Positions 1 to 14,411 of a stretch of 64,000 nt of DNA are shown piece after piece. The first letter of the stretch is position 1; every line of letters begins with the position of its first letter. The notes under the pieces are model-generated. The model had not been told where the DNA came from and ran no database searches. It saw nothing but the letters and a program-made list of their open reading frames with translations. The translations under genes and the position numbers were made by a program. Source of the stretch: the human T2T-CHM13v2.0 reference genome, Homo sapiens; the NCBI RefSeq assembly GCF_009914755.1, contig NC_060933.1; one strand, 5' to 3'.

Positions 1-974
1 TAGACCCTCAGACTCATGGAGCTATAGGAAAAAGGGAGGCAGGAGCCACAGAATGAGTCTGGGAGCTGCCTTTAGAGTGGATAGCCAGTTATGCTAATGA
101 AAGCTTCTGGCACTAGGACTGGCTATCAATGGATGGGAAGTTGTGTTGTTGGATACAAAACAACGATGCAAAAACAAATGCTATGGAATGTGTTGAAAGT
201 GATGATACACCCAGGGCTCAGGTGGACTGGGTCCCCATCCCCCGTCCAATCTCAGCCCTAATGCAGTGGTCCAGCCAGAGATCTTCAGGGTAATGGCAGA
301 GCCACCCAACCTATACCCACACTAAGTATTGCCTTCAGACTAAATAACTAGTATCTCAAATAGATAAATGCAGCCATTTTTCAAATGTGATGTTTTACTG
401 AGTGCATCGATAGCATTTTATAATTGTTAATCCTCCCCATCAACAGCTTCCAAAAGTACGACTCAGGATGGGTCTGAAAACTTACCTGTTCCAAAGCAGG
501 CCTTTTTATTCCAAATTTTGGGAACTACTCTCCCTAGCATAATCTCAAAATATATCAAGGACTGAAAGAGTAAAAATATATGAAAATACAAAAGCAAATG
601 GAGTTTTCCAAAGGTTGAGTAACATATTCTATATAAAACCCCACACTTTTATTTTCTTTTAATGTAAGCAGGTGTCTGCTATCAGATTTTTCAACCAGGT
701 CACAAATTATTCCGAAGTTGTCAAACTGAAAATGTAGTGCCTTTTGGTAATCTTGGTAAAGTCCTCTCCTCCTTCTGAATTCTGTGTTAGACAGAAGGCA
801 GCTGATAGCTATAGTCTACCTTTTGCCTTGTCCTGACCATTAGATTATGAAGAACAGCCTCATTGGTACTATACCGTCAACTAGTCCCTTTTTTCTCCGC
901 TATAAAAAGCTATTCACATGGTTTGTGCATATTACCACTCAATTCTAACCCTATGTAAGCTCATGAGCATTTAG

Positions 975-1357
<383 letters not shown>

Positions 1358-1466
1358 TTAAAGAGCATAAGATACTTATAAATTTACCAAAGTGTTAATG
1401 ACCTACAGATGTTAATGGCATATAAAATCTAGAGTTAACAGATATATTGTAGAGAAGTGTATTTTG

Positions 1467-1770
1467 GGCCAGGTGCAGTCGCTCATGCCTGTAAACCCAG
1501 CACTTTGGGAGGCCAAAGCAGGTGGATCACTTGAGTCCAGGAGTTCAAGACCGGCCTTGGCAACATGGCAAAACCCTATCTCTACAAAATATACAAAAAT
1601 TAGCCAGGCATGGTGGCACATCCCTGTAGTCCCAACAACTTGGGAGGCTGAGGCAGGAGAATCATTTGAGCCTGGGACATGGAGGTTGCAGTAAGCCTAG
1701 ATGGTACCACTGCACTCCAGCCTGGGTGACAGAATGAGAACCTGTCTGAAAAGAAAAGAAAAAAGAGAGA
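1467..1770 (+). mobile_element. Alu (older, J/S-like)
   Basis: GGCCAGGTGCAG start, both arms, A-rich tail. Confidence 0.93.
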
Positions 1771-1848
1771 AATATATTTTATTTATTTGTATTTGTATGG
1801 TTGTTTTGAAAACAATAAAATTGTATGCAAATGAGTACATATGTAATG

Positions 1849-1851
<3 letters not shown>

Positions 1852-1897
<46 letters not shown>
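1852..1897. repeat. (GT)~23 microsatellite
   Basis: Pure GT dinucleotide run. Confidence 0.98.
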
Positions 1898-1899
<2 letters not shown>

Positions 1900-2749
1900 T
1901 TTCAGATTATTTTATTCTGGGAATCATTGTTCCTACTTCTTATGCTACTCCACATGGACAAAGTTGGAATATTTTCTCTAAATGTGGCACATGTTTTTAT
2001 TTGTGTTTTGCTCTGTATTTGAATGTAGAGTAGAACAGGGATTACCAGAGCATGTGCCAGTATCACTCAGGAGGTCAATGAGATCGAAGAAAGTTTTTAA
2101 CTTTAGTTTAATCATACAATTAACAATGTAGCCTTCTCCTGTCCATGTCAATGTAGATGCATTGTTCAGTTTTTTTAACCTCATGCTCCATACTATGTCA
2201 TATCTGATACCCAGTGAGCTCCTAACCAATCTGTCCACTCCCTTGGTACAGACATTAGCTGGTACTGCCTTACAGATCAGATTGTTTAACTTTGGATTTT
2301 AACTTTCTCCATCAACAAATTAAACAACTTCATCTAAACTGAGAGTAATACTATGAATGATATAAATACTTATGAATTAATAATGATCAAATAATTAAGG
2401 AGGTCCAGCCTAGTCAATCCACGGTGGTCTGAATCAACGGTTTCAGGATTTGAGCTTCCATTGGTCAGAGCTTTATTGCTCCCATCAGATAAGATTCATA
2501 TTTTGTCTTTTCCTAACCGTCTCCCAGTGGAATATGCGAAATTCTTTATCAGAAGTTACTGTTATATGCAAACTTCTATCACCTCTAAAGATAAGAGGCA
2601 TTGGATGGTTTTTATTTTGGGAACTATTTAAGAATTGCCAGACTCCACAGATTAACCTGGAATTTCCCTCTTGCCTATTTTATATATTGTTCTCTATGTT
2701 TTTCAGTCATAGCCTTACCGTCTCTTAAACTACCCCAAAACTTAGGAAC

Positions 2750-3191
2750 CTGTAAAAACAAACATGTATTATTAATTGTGAGTCTGTGGGTCAACTGGGT
2801 GGTTCTTCTTGTCTGAGTCAGTTTAGCTGATCTCTGAGGTCAGCTGAGGACTCAGCTAGGGACGGATGATCCAGGATGGCCTTACCCACATGTTTGGGGT
2901 TGGGAGGATGGTTGGTCAAGGGAAGGGGGCCTCAGCTGGCATGACTTATCCTCCAGTAGGCTAGCCTGGGCTTTTTCACATGTGATCTTAGCATTCCAAA
3001 GAGCAACAAGTGATGGCAAGGCCCAATGTGTGCACACATGTCAATCTCTGCTACTCTCAGGATTGCTATTGTCCCATTGGCCAAAGTAAATCACATGGCC
3101 AATTTTAAAGGCAGAGTGGGAGGCACTACCGGAAAGTGTGGACACAGAGAAATGTGCAACATAGGGAGCCATTACTGCAATAATCTACCAG
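2750..3191 (-). mobile_element. MLT1-family MaLR solo LTR remnant
   Basis: Typical MLT1 segments 'ctccagtaggctagcctgggctt', 'cccattggccaaagtaaatcacatggcc' and terminus 'taatctacca'. Confidence 0.7.
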
Positions 3192-5177
3192 ACTAAACTG
3201 GCATGAGTTTTGTCTGAAAAATCGTTCAAATATAAATGTGCATAATTTGTCACTAGATTTTGGTTATTGTTCCCCTTTCACACATGGCTCTTAGGTTATA
3301 GAATTCTATATTGCTCATAGGAGTTTTTTTAAACAGTAAGTTTTCTCTGCATTTAGAAGACAATTTTCAAAATATTTAATAAGGCAGGGAAATGGTGGCG
3401 AGAAGAGTAGACTAAATTTAAACAAGCATCCTTTTCCACCAGCATGATAGTGGGGCAAGCGTAATAATTAAGGCAAGTCTCTCACTCTCAGTGAGACTCA
3501 ATTTCCTCGCCTGGAAATTGAAGGATTTGGGCTAAGCCTCCTTCTGACTCTAATATTCTTTAACTATAAGACATCTGGAATATGTAGAACAGTACAAAAA
3601 GTGAGGTTGTGGTTCAGTAAACATATGGATATACTGTCTTATGAGGAAAATATTGACTTTGACAAAGTCAGGTCAATGAATTTTGATGTTCGCCTTAAAA
3701 GAAGTCAATACCTATGTTTTTAATCTACACATAAAATAATGATTTTAAGAGCCAAAGCTATTGATGGAAATAAGTCTACCTCTCATCCTAATAAATGCCA
3801 ATATATATGGTGTAATATTATTATAGATCATCATTCATTATGGTTGAGAATTCTTTGATTTAGAACAAGGTATTATACTCTTAATTCATCATCCGGTTAA
3901 CTTTTCTTCTGAAAGTAAGATAAAAACATTTCTCATTCTTTTTGGGCCATTAGTACATGAAATAGTATATTCATTACATAAGTACTGGAGCTTTTAAGCT
4001 ATCAATGGAATCTTGTTTAGTCAGCTAAAGCACATGTATTACCTTTTTGTATGGGTACAAAGTGATTCAAAGCAAGATATCTTTTAATCCTCTGAGGAAA
4101 ACAGTTGTATATTTTTCTCTGGCCTGCTTTCCATGTTAACATTTCTTATTTCATTCTGTTTTCCTGTGGACTTGGCTCTGACCATTAAGTGATGATTAAA
4201 AAAAAAAATAAGAGACCCAAAAAGAAGTGAAGGCTTCATGTTCATGCTTAGGAAAATAATTATTGTAACCATAATTTTCCTTTAAAATGAAACATGATGT
4301 TAACATTCACAGCATAGTACAGGGAGGACTTATTGGATGTCCAATTACAGAGCACCTCAGAAACATCACTTGAAAATAATTGTCCATGTTTTAGGTCAGA
4401 ATATTCCTTGGAATCATTTGTCCACAGTCAGAGTCAATCTAAGGATTTAGTAATTTTGCAAATAGACAGGAAAGACAGAAAGTGGAATTAAGGAAGTAGA
4501 GAGTTTCAATGTTTAAATGAAAGAATTTGTGGCCCTAAAAGAACAAAAAACTTTAAGTGTGTTCCTGTGTCTTTCTATTTCTTCCATTCCCGAAATATGA
4601 CTACACAGGTTCCCACCTCTCTCCCCCAACACACAAACCATGGACCCAAATTTTCTCTTCTAACAGGGTCCCCATGAGTCAATGTTAAGAGCCCAGACCA
4701 GAACTGGATACAAAATCCTGGCTTCAACCTATGAGACAGTGGGCAAGTCACTTTGTAAACCTCGTTCTTAAAATGATACCAAGACTTATCTCATAGGACA
4801 TTTATGAGAATTTAAAATAATTTATTGTACAGATGCGGCTAGTAAAGTGCCTAAGACTCAATAAATATTAGTTTTCTTTTTCACACTTAGATGCTTCATT
4901 TCCACATTCATGTAAACAAAATTTAAAAAGAAAAGAAAAAAGCACAGGATGAGTGTCACTGGGGGTGCCCTCGCATGAACCCCACGCTCGCCTCCCCCAG
5001 GGACTTTCTGGCCTCGCTTGTTCTGTACTCCACCCAAACCACAAGCATCAGGTCTTCCTCAGGGAAGTCCTTTCTAACCACAGACACCAGGTTGGGTCTC
5101 CAGTTATACATGCCCTACTCTTTGCCACAATTTGCACACTGCTATTAATTAATTTATTATAGTTAGTGGCTTTCTGT

Positions 5178-5430
5178 GGTGGATAAGAACATAGACTTTG
5201 GTGTCAGACTACTTAAAATCAAATTCCACCTCCTCCATTCACTACCTGTGTGACCTTGGGTAAGTTACTTAATATTTACCTGCACTTCAGTTTTCTCATC
5301 TGTAACATGTGGATAACAGTATTACCTACCTCAATGAGGCAATGTATAGAAAGTATTTAAAATCCTGCTGGGCACATAGTAAGCTCTCAGTAGTAACAGT
5401 AGTAGTAGTAGTAGTAATAGTAATAGTAGC
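5178..5430 (+). mobile_element. MIR followed by (TAG)n-like repeat
   Basis: MIR core 'tgtgtgaccttgggtaagttacttaa...cagttttctcatctgtaa' and 3' end 'ggcacatagtaagctctca'. Further MIR remnants at ~4685-4870 and ~5670-5850. Confidence 0.8.
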
Positions 5431-6022
5431 AGCAGCAGTGCTGGGAGTACTAAGACCTCTAGGAGTAGCAGTAATGTCTACTGGACTGAAATGCAGTCTT
5501 TTATTTACCACTCTATTCTCAGTGCCTAGGTTTGTGCCTGGTGCACAGTAAGCTCTCAGATACATTTGGTGACAGACTGATTGCTTTCAGATCAATTATG
5601 AGTCTTTGTAAAGTGTAGTAGAAATACTTTATTACTTATATAATCATCTGGGTTATAATCTAAGAGTTGTAGTGGTTAAAATGCTGTACCACGGTCTCAG
5701 TGTAAGTCCTGTTTCTGCCATGTACATATTGTGTGGCTTGAAGAAATTTACTAAGCCTCTCTAATCTTCTGTTTCCTCACCTGTACATGAAATCCTCATG
5801 AGGATTGAATAAGATAATCCATATAAAATGCCAAGCAGGTTGAGTTGCACACAGCGAGCTCTTTCCACGATGTGCTGTCATGTCAAGTGAGACCTCTGGT
5901 CCAGCCAGCTAGGGGTTCTGTCTGGACCTCACAAGGCCCCAAGGGGGATTTTAGATTTTGCAGACATACATCGTTGCCCTTTAGGAGATATTTGTATTTT
6001 CACTTCAAAAATCTTCCTAATC

Positions 6023-6352
6023 TGTTTTTTTGTTTTGTTTTGTTTTGTTTTGTTTTATTTTGTTTTTGAGACAGAGTCTCGTTCTGTCACCTTGGCTGGA
6101 GTGCAGTGCAGTGGTGCAATCTTGGCTCACTGCAACCTCTGCCTCCGGATTCAAGCAATTCCTCTCCCTCAGCCCCCCACGTAGCTGGGACTACAGGCGC
6201 ATGCCACCAGGCCCAGCTAACTTTTTGTATTTTTAGTACAGGTGGGGTTTCACCATGTTAACCAGGATAGTCCCGATCTCCTGACCTCGTGATCCACCCA
6301 CATCAGCCTCCCAAAGTGCTGGGATTACAGGCGTGAGCCACCGTGTCCAGCC
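6023..6352 (-). mobile_element. Alu (S-like) with (TTTTG)n tail
   Basis: Full antisense dimer. Confidence 0.95.
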
Positions 6353-7153
6353 AAATTGGTTATTTTAAAAGAAGTTTCAGAGCCAGCTGAATAGAATGAA
6401 AAGAGGTAACGATGAAGATCCCTTCTTCCAAGCATTAGAAAGCACTAAAATTTCTAGTTGAGTTTTTGTAAAAAGGACCTTAGTGTAGACTGAACTTCTA
6501 AAATTCAACTAGCTTTACGTCACCTTTTAAAAATGGCCCCAATCTAGAATTGGGACCATGATATCCTATGCATGTGAATGAACCGCTTTCCACTGTGTGA
6601 ATCAGTGTCTATTCAGCAGGCAAAACATCATGGTCTCCTCATTAACTCCCTTTTTAAGATGCAGTCCCTTAGCTTTAAAAACATTTTAGGAGAACACAAA
6701 AGTTACACACACTGTAGTTACAAAGAAAAGAAAACTCCAGATTTATGGCAAGTAATCTAAATAAAACAAAGCCATAAACACTCTAATTTAATGTGGATAG
6801 CTGATACTACGTGGACATAGATCATAAAATCCTGGAGACTAGTCTGATTATTTATTTTACTGCCCTAGTGTGATATGATTGAGATAATAAGTAGATGCTT
6901 TCATGGAATTTGAAATTGTTTTTCCCATAAAACATGTTTTTCTTAAAGCTGGATTTACCTAAATTCACTGACAGCTGGAAGCCAAATGTATTCACACTAA
7001 ATTGTTTATATCACAGGGATTCCAGTAGATAGATTAAATATGTTTTATTTATTAATGTACAACAAGTAGAAGAGACCCTGGCTTTCATATTTTACCAAAC
7101 ATTTTTCACATTATTTCTAAAGTTTAGAATGCTACTGAAATGTTATATGGGGA

Positions 7154-7203
7154 GTGTGTGCGTGTGCATGTGCCTGTGTGTGCATGTTCATGTGTGAGAG
7201 TGA

Positions 7204-7234
<31 letters not shown>

Positions 7235-7342
7235 GATGATTGCTTGTTTTGACAATGTGCCATTTTTATGGACTGCTTTTTCTTTTTGGTTTCGCAAAAT
7301 AGGAAGTAGATGACTGTTTACAATGGCCCAAATTTTGATAGT
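7154..7342 (+). repeat. Left arm of ~190-bp inverted duplication (includes (TG)n/(GA)n)
   Basis: Reverse complement of 7950-8142; 5 substitutions over the 111-bp non-microsatellite part. Confidence 0.95.
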
Positions 7343-7949
7343 TCAGAAACTGACCATAGCCATCCATACTCACTTGGATCTCCTTGGAACCCTCAATCCC
7401 CTGCTTCAGGATTCTCACATCCCTAGAAAATAAACAATGGGAATGCAGGACTTCAGGAATGATAAGACAAGAGTTTACTTTCTTGCTAGAGAAAGTGTAG
7501 TACCTAGAGTGGAAGGATTTATTAAAAATTCAAATTATCAGGCCCCATCTCATACCTACTGAACCAGAATCTTATAAAAATCACTTATAAAAGTGATTTT
7601 TACATACATTAAGTGGGGAAGCACTGCCCTGGGAGATTTCTCACATGGTTGACCACCAAGTACTTTGGAATATCGCCATGGCGTGGCTATAGAACTGGAT
7701 AATAAGAAAGAACCAAGGGCATAGAGAAACTCTTCTTTTACCACCCATTGCCTCGAAATAGATGACTTACATGCTGATGGGGAGAAGAGTACTTCAGAGA
7801 GAAAAACAAGTACTACCTGTACATGATCTGAAGAGCCAGACCCAAATGGCTAGTAATGGTCAGCAACATGTCTCAAAACCTGCAGTGGGTGATGAGGAGG
7901 TACTGGGACTCTATCAAGAACATTCCAAAAGCTGATGAGAATCACAGGT

Positions 7950-8142
7950 ACTATCAAAATTTGGGCCATTGTAAACAGTCATCTTCTTCCTATTTTGCAA
8001 AACCAAAAAGAAAAAACAGTCCATAGAAATGGCACATTGTCAAAACAAGCAATTATCCTCTCTTTCAATCTCTCTCTCTCTCTCTCTCACTCTCACACAC
8101 ACACATGAACATGCACACACATGCACATGCACACGCACACAC
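7950..8142 (-). repeat. Right arm of ~190-bp inverted duplication (includes (CT)n/(CA)n)
   Basis: Reverse complement of 7154-7342; lies between two copies of GCTGATGAGAATCACAG (7931-7947, 8250-8266). Confidence 0.95.
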
Positions 8143-8426
8143 ACGCACTATTCAGGGGTGAGGAGAGCTAGGGGAAGCTGTCAGAAGGCCTGCGAGGAGC
8201 TTTCTGAACCTTAGGAAAGTCTTCCTTGTATCCATAGACCGTTTCTTGGGCTGATGAGAATCACAGCAGCTTTCTACTCAAGGTATCTTCAGGTACAGCC
8301 CTTTGTCCATCCATTACTGAAACATCTAGTGATGTCTTCCCCAGATACATACCATAAGTTTTGCTTAATTCAACTCAACAAATTGTTACTGATTGCAAGT
8401 CAGGCACCAAAACCATGACTTGATTA

Positions 8427-8742
<316 letters not shown>

Positions 8743-11700
8743 ACAAAAGAGGAAGAAGAACTTCTAAATAACCAAAATAGGTAGCAAAGTTCATTCCTAA
8801 AGCTTATCACTCTTCCATGATGTAAAATCAGGCTGGGCCTATGCTGAGTCTATTTTTATTTTTCCATTTTATTCTACATTACACATAATTCCAGCAAGCT
8901 TGGTTATCTGCTTTCCAAGTCCTCCATAAGAAGGGGTGAATTGGAGTCAATGGAAAAGAAGGGACAGGACAGTGAACAATGTTGCTGCAGGAAAATGCAC
9001 TAATCCAGCCAGAAGAGCAATAGATTCTCAGCAAACAGAGGAACAGAGACCTACAAATAGAAGACACAAGAGCTTATAAAGCATGGCCATCTGGTGCCAT
9101 TTTTGTGTAAACACCAACATTTCTACATACCTCAAAAGACCTAGGTCTTGATATAGTACATCAGTGCAATGGGTTCTGAAAAGGGAGCTGAGTCTTCACA
9201 AAAAGTTAACTCATATTCAGAATACTATAATCAGAAAAAATAAAAATTATGTAATATATTTTAGAAAGCGCTCCATGCAAAGAGCCTCCAGTAGAAAAAT
9301 AATGGTGCTTGAAATAGCAACCACAGTATTTTTGGGGAATTTGCAAAGGCTCCATCTATAAAATTCTGGATGGCTGAGATTTCAGTATGTTTTTATAAGA
9401 ATAAAACTTACTTAGCATAATGTCAATTGACTGAAATAAGGAACATTTACCCTGATGAGCCCTGAGTTATCCATATGCCTTTTGCACGAGTGAGACCTTT
9501 GCATTATCTGCATCAGCTGTGCATGTATGAACACTGCATAGCACTGCCCATGATGCATCCAAGGACTCACAGCTGTCAGCACACCCCTCTCATACTTCAA
9601 CCCAAATTTTCAGGTCCTCGATGGTTATTTCAATCAAACCTTATGGAAGCTCCAAACAAAAGACCCACAATCCTTATTTGCCTACTCCTTAAGACATATT
9701 CAAAACTGGGGCTATCTGCATACAAAATATCATGAAAATCATATATAAAATCTATATGTAGTATATATGTTGATGTAGTATACTTAATACAATTTTTATA
9801 TCATCACATTCACATATATGAGACAGAGAGAGAAAAAAGCAGAAAGTTGGGAATATGCATAGGGAAAGTTCATAAAAATATATTCTAAACTCTTAACAGT
9901 GATTGTTTTCTGGGAAATAGTATTACTTGCAGTTTTACTTTCTTCTTTACATCTCTGGCTGCAGTCTATAAAGTTTTTGTAAAGAACACACACATGCACA
10001 CAAACACACATATAAAATTCCACTATTTTCATTTGAGAGGAAAAGAAGAAAGAAAAAGAGAAAAAGGAAGGAAAGAGGGAGGGAGGGAAGCTGCTTGATT
10101 GATATCCCAATTTTCATCTATCCTGTAAGTTCCCATTCATCTTTCTCTACACCAGGATATCCTCCCCTTTTTATGTGTATGTGACTTCCCTGTCTGTGCC
10201 ATTGATTATTCTACACATCCAGTCCCTGAGGGTGTCCCTTTTTAGTGGATGATAAAACCCAGGCCCTAAGGATGAAAACCATCCTGAAGCCATAAATCCA
10301 GCCCTGGACACAGCCAAAAACTGGGGACCCTTCACCAGTTGAGTCACTGTCCCAGAAACATAAGGTATGCTGTGACCTTCTGCTTCAGTTCCATAATGCA
10401 GTCAGGTTATCTTCCTATTCAGAAACATGCCTACAAACCGAGACCAATCTTTGGCTCAGAATGATGATCATCCTGTCAATGGTTAGTACACATTAGGACA
10501 GGCAGTAGAAAGTGACAACTTTGGAAATAGGCTTGCTGACATTCAAGAAGCCTTCCCTGAAGCTCATGGCTCACCAAAAGTAAGCAGAGCTTAAGTAACC
10601 TAACAAAGCAGTCTTACTTTATTCACTCCTGACCATGCCCTTTCTTTGTATGCTGTTCAAGACTAAACAGTATAAAACAAGATTGACATTATGTAATTAC
10701 TTGCCTTTTACACTGTGCTAACTTAATTTGCTTTTCATTCTCAAGTATTTAAGAAACCATTACTTTCCCATCAGACTTTACTGTCTGCCAATTAAAGCAT
10801 TAGATCGATGAGGTGGAGAGAGCACAGTGTTTGGCAAGATTTCAGGTGGAGCAATTGAAAACAACAGCTTTGTATCCCTTTCCTTTTGTCAAAGACAGAA
10901 TTGTTTTGCCGGTTTACCACTTTCTGTGTCACCCTCTGTTCATCCTATGTTGTTTTTTGGTTCCATTTGCAAGTAAGGATGGTCTAGCCATCGTCTAAGA
11001 TTTACAACTAAATACAAACTAAATTTCCTCTCTATGGGAAGAGTAGGTGGGTGAGGATCAGGTTGAGGAGCTGGAGTTTTTTGGGGTCACGTTTACTCTA
11101 TTGGGGGCACCTAAATTACCAAGCATGTTGCGTTGGGCTCCTCAGATGTCCCACAGAACTGTGCGGTCCCTCTGTCTTAGCTAGTAAATTTCTGCAGGAG
11201 CTACATCTCAGCTCTATAGAGCCCACTTCAATCTCATGATCAAATATGATTTGTGTCCAGGGAAACTCAGAGTTTGAGTTGGTTTAAGTAAGGCATGATG
11301 ACCTGAACAAAAAGTGCAAGTCACTTTTCTTCTAATTCACTCTTATTTTGAGTAATAAGAGCTGTAGCACTGAGGGCTTTCTATCTCATCCTCATCCCTT
11401 GAAATCCAGTCATTTTCTTTTTCTCTATGTCATTATGAAAACACCTGTACTTTAGAAGTACAGGAAATCATGGTAATTGCCCCCAAGAACAGCAGAGGGA
11501 AGAAGAGTCCAGGGCAAAGGTAGAGACATTCGTCAGCTCCAGAAAGCATTTTTTAGAAAAGAGAATTAACGAATAAAAAGGGTCACCATCAGCACAGTCA
11601 GATAGCCTCTGTCATTAAAAAATTAATAGACTTCCAGTTCTGATAACTCAGGGACCAGAGGATGAGAACATCTTGTGCAATCTCTAAATACAAAATATGA

Positions 11701-12014
11701 TTATTGTGTGTCGTGGCCTCCTTGTGAGACTTCATGGTTCTACTGCTGACCTAGAAAAAGTAACTCCATGGGTCTTGATCAAACAATGGGCTACAGGTTG
11801 TTTTGGTTACCCTAATCCTGCATTTAGAACACACATTGATTCAGTGAGTCCATTTTTTTCTCCATTCTAAGAGAGTATCCCTGGAGAAGACAGCTGTTGC
11901 CTCACAGATTCTGCCTCAGACTTAACCCTGAGCTCACTCCAAGTTTGGATTGATGATTCCTCACTACAATTACTGAACCCATGCTTCCCCTGCTTATTGG
12001 TAAAAGAGGTTAAT

Positions 12015-12215
12015 TAGATAGCCATTAACCACATGCAGCTCTCTAAATTTATATTTAAGCTAATTAAAATGAAAGAGAATTTACAACTTAGTTCCTCATT
12101 TGCACTAGCCACATTTCAAATGGTCAATGGTCATGTGGCTAGTGGCTACCATATTAGAGAGTGCAGATATAAAACATTTCCACTATCACAGAAAATTCTA
12201 TCAGACAGCACTGCA
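12015..12215 (-). mobile_element. MER3 (hAT-Charlie MITE)
   Basis: 'cactagccacatttcaa...catgtggctagtggctaccatatt...aaattctatcagacagcactg'. Confidence 0.8.
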
Positions 12216-12294
12216 GAATGAGAAGCTCTTGCTCTCTCGGCATCCCTTCATTCCCAGGGAAAGCCCTAGGGAAAATAAGACTTTTTTAGACCTA

Positions 12295-12445
12295 CAGCAG
12301 TAGTTCTCAAAGATCACTGGGACCTACCCCAAGAGTTTCTAGCTCAGTCGGTCTGAAATTAGGTCCCAAGGATTTGCATTTCCTTCAAGCTCCCAGGTGA
12401 TGCAGCTGCTTCCATAGGAGACTACGTTTTGAGAATCACTGCTCT
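12295..12445. mobile_element. MER5A-like hAT MITE
   Basis: Termini 'cagtagttctcaaa' / 'tttgagaatcactg', internal 'aagctcccaggtgatgc'. Similar MER5 remnants at ~21085-21290, ~26030-26220, ~28640-28935, ~38100-38210, ~38885-39040. Confidence 0.75.
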
Positions 12446-12627
12446 ATAGGAAGTAGGAGCAATACCAGATCATTGGTAACTGGTACATCTGAAAAATGAA
12501 TTAGGATACCCAAGTTTTAGTCTCAATTCAGTCAAAACTCATTTGTTGAGTTTCTCCTTTAAGCCAAGCACCAGGCTGCAAATATCAAGTCTTGGCTCTA
12601 TAACTGAAAAGGAACATTATGTAGAGA

Positions 12628-13395
<768 letters not shown>

Positions 13396-13739
13396 TCTGC
13401 AACTCGAACTCACTCTCTTGGCGTGTCAATTGCCCATCAACCGATTGGGGCCTGGGGTGTTGGAGGTGAAGAGCAGTAGATTAATGACCTCTAAGGCCAC
13501 TTACATCTCTGAAAGTCTGTGATTCCTAGACAATCTACTAGGAGATCATCTTTTTTAGGTTCTGTTTTTCCTCCAAACACTGGGCAAAATCTACCATTTA
13601 TTCCCCTGTGAAGATCCTAACAGCCCACTCTCGATCTGCAGTTCAGAGAAAAAGAGCAATCATAATTGAATCTCCTTAAGCTACAGAGCAGGTCAGCATG
13701 TTGGACCCACACACGCTTTTCCAACTGAGCTGTACTTTT

Positions 13740-13988
13740 TTAAATTTTTTTTTAAATTATATATTGACAAAGTATAGTTTATATTTGTATATATTTGTGG
13801 GTACAAAGTTGTGTTATGATTTCTAAATACAATGTGGAATATGATACTAATCCATAGTTTTGTGTTGAAAACATTAGAAATTTCCTCTTAGCAATATTGA
13901 AGTATACAGTACTCATTTATTAACCGTATTCAGCATGCTGTGCAATTGGTATAATAATAATCAGACTCATTCCTCCTATCTAATTGAC
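13740..13988 (-). mobile_element. Old L1 (L1M) 3' end fragment
   Basis: T-rich tail then L1M 3'UTR-like sequence; appears to resume after the MST LTR at ~14412. Confidence 0.6.
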
Positions 13989-14411
13989 TGTCCTGTTTAG
14001 TGTCACTACGACAGAATACCTGAGGCTGGGTGATTTATAAAGAAAAGAGGTTTATTTATTTCATGCCTCTGCAGGCTAGGAAATTCAAAGGTATGACCCT
14101 GGCTTCTGATGAGAGCTTTAATGATGTATCATAACAGCAGAGAAGGTCAAAGGAGGAGCAGACACATGCAAAGAGAGGACCAAACCAGAAGAGGAACCTT
14201 ACTTTACAACAATCCTTTCCCTCATGAATACTCTATTCCCTCAATACCTTGTGAAATCTCTCTCACGACCATGAGAACAGCACCAAGACATGCATGAGGG
14301 AGCCACCTGCATAACCCGAACACCTCCCGCTAGACCACACCTCCTGACACTTTCACAGTGGAGATAAAATTTCAGCAAGAATTTTGGTGGTGACAAACTC
14401 AAACCATAGCA
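13989..14411 (-). mobile_element. MST-family MaLR solo LTR nested in L1
   Basis: 'gaatacctgaggctgggtgatttataaagaaaagaggtttattt' and terminus 'caaaccatagca'. Confidence 0.82.

Noticed and set aside
3654-3675. Palindrome TGACTTTG-a-CAAAGTCA overlapping AGGTCA
   Set aside because: Does not fit a standard nuclear-receptor element spacing; chance is likely.
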